DNA of 64,000 nucleotides from Schmidtea nova (taxonomy: Eukaryota). The stretch lies in assembly GCA_044892505.1 (NCBI GenBank), contig CM097882.1:503998001-504062000 (forward strand), written 5' to 3'. This document shows positions 63,571 through 64,000 of the stretch, piece by piece; position 1 is the stretch's first letter; each line of letters begins with the position of its first letter. The notes beneath the pieces were generated by a model that was given only the letters and a program-made list of their open reading frames with translations, did not search any database and had not been told where the DNA came from. Position numbers and translations under genes: made by a program.

Positions 63571-64000
63571 CACTCAACTCCAAAAACAGACTTAATGAAA
63601 CAATTTTCGCAATTTTACATTTAATTTACAATACATATTTTAAGATTATTAGAGCACATCAAATCTATCAATATATATTGAAATGGTATCAAAAAAATTA
63701 CAATCAACTTTTACAATTTGTATTTTGGCATGTTGGAAATTGCATTTATTTTCATTATTTTAAAAATATTTTCTCAATATAGTGTTAGTGATATTTTCTT
63801 ATTGCAATATCTCCTAGAACCAAACTATAGTTTTAGTTAAATGCATTATAACACATTGCCGACAGGAGGCAGATTGGAGTCTTTCATTTTTAAACTATTG
63901 GTGCCTGGAGACACTAATTCGCTTTATACAAAATGCAATATGGGTTTAAATGAAAACTACTGCTAGATAAAAACATACACTCTTGAATATTTAAAACCCT

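Noticed and set aside
1-64000. CRISPR arrays, tRNA/rRNA genes, bacterial operons
   Set aside because: None seen; the tandem repeats lack unique spacers and the content is eukaryotic transposons.

Overview
AT-rich eukaryotic (probably invertebrate; taxon not determinable here) DNA that is almost entirely nested transposable elements, with three N-gaps (2283-2833, 31428-31872, 59635-59969). No host gene could be supported. Recognisable elements: a Penelope-like retroelement with an inverted 3' copy and a hammerhead-like motif; several hAT elements with 8-bp TSDs; two MULE transposase relics; two adjacent short-LTR Gypsy elements; an apparently intact piggyBac inserted at a TTAA inside a pogo/Tigger relic; and fragments of Tc1/mariner, piggyBac and possibly Helitron. 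The most unusual signal is an unassigned dispersed family of about 2.6-2.9 kb units (20470-23340, 23960-26520, a split copy at about 9185-15100, and a probable diverged minus-strand copy at about 46980-49010). The two complete units have a CCAAT/TATA/Inr promoter, a conserved AATAAA-GT donor-like motif, a structured 5' motif, two small orphan ORFs each preceded by a splice acceptor, and a conserved structured 3' end. I found no RT, transposase, LTR, TIR or TSD in them. All alignments and folds were done by eye.
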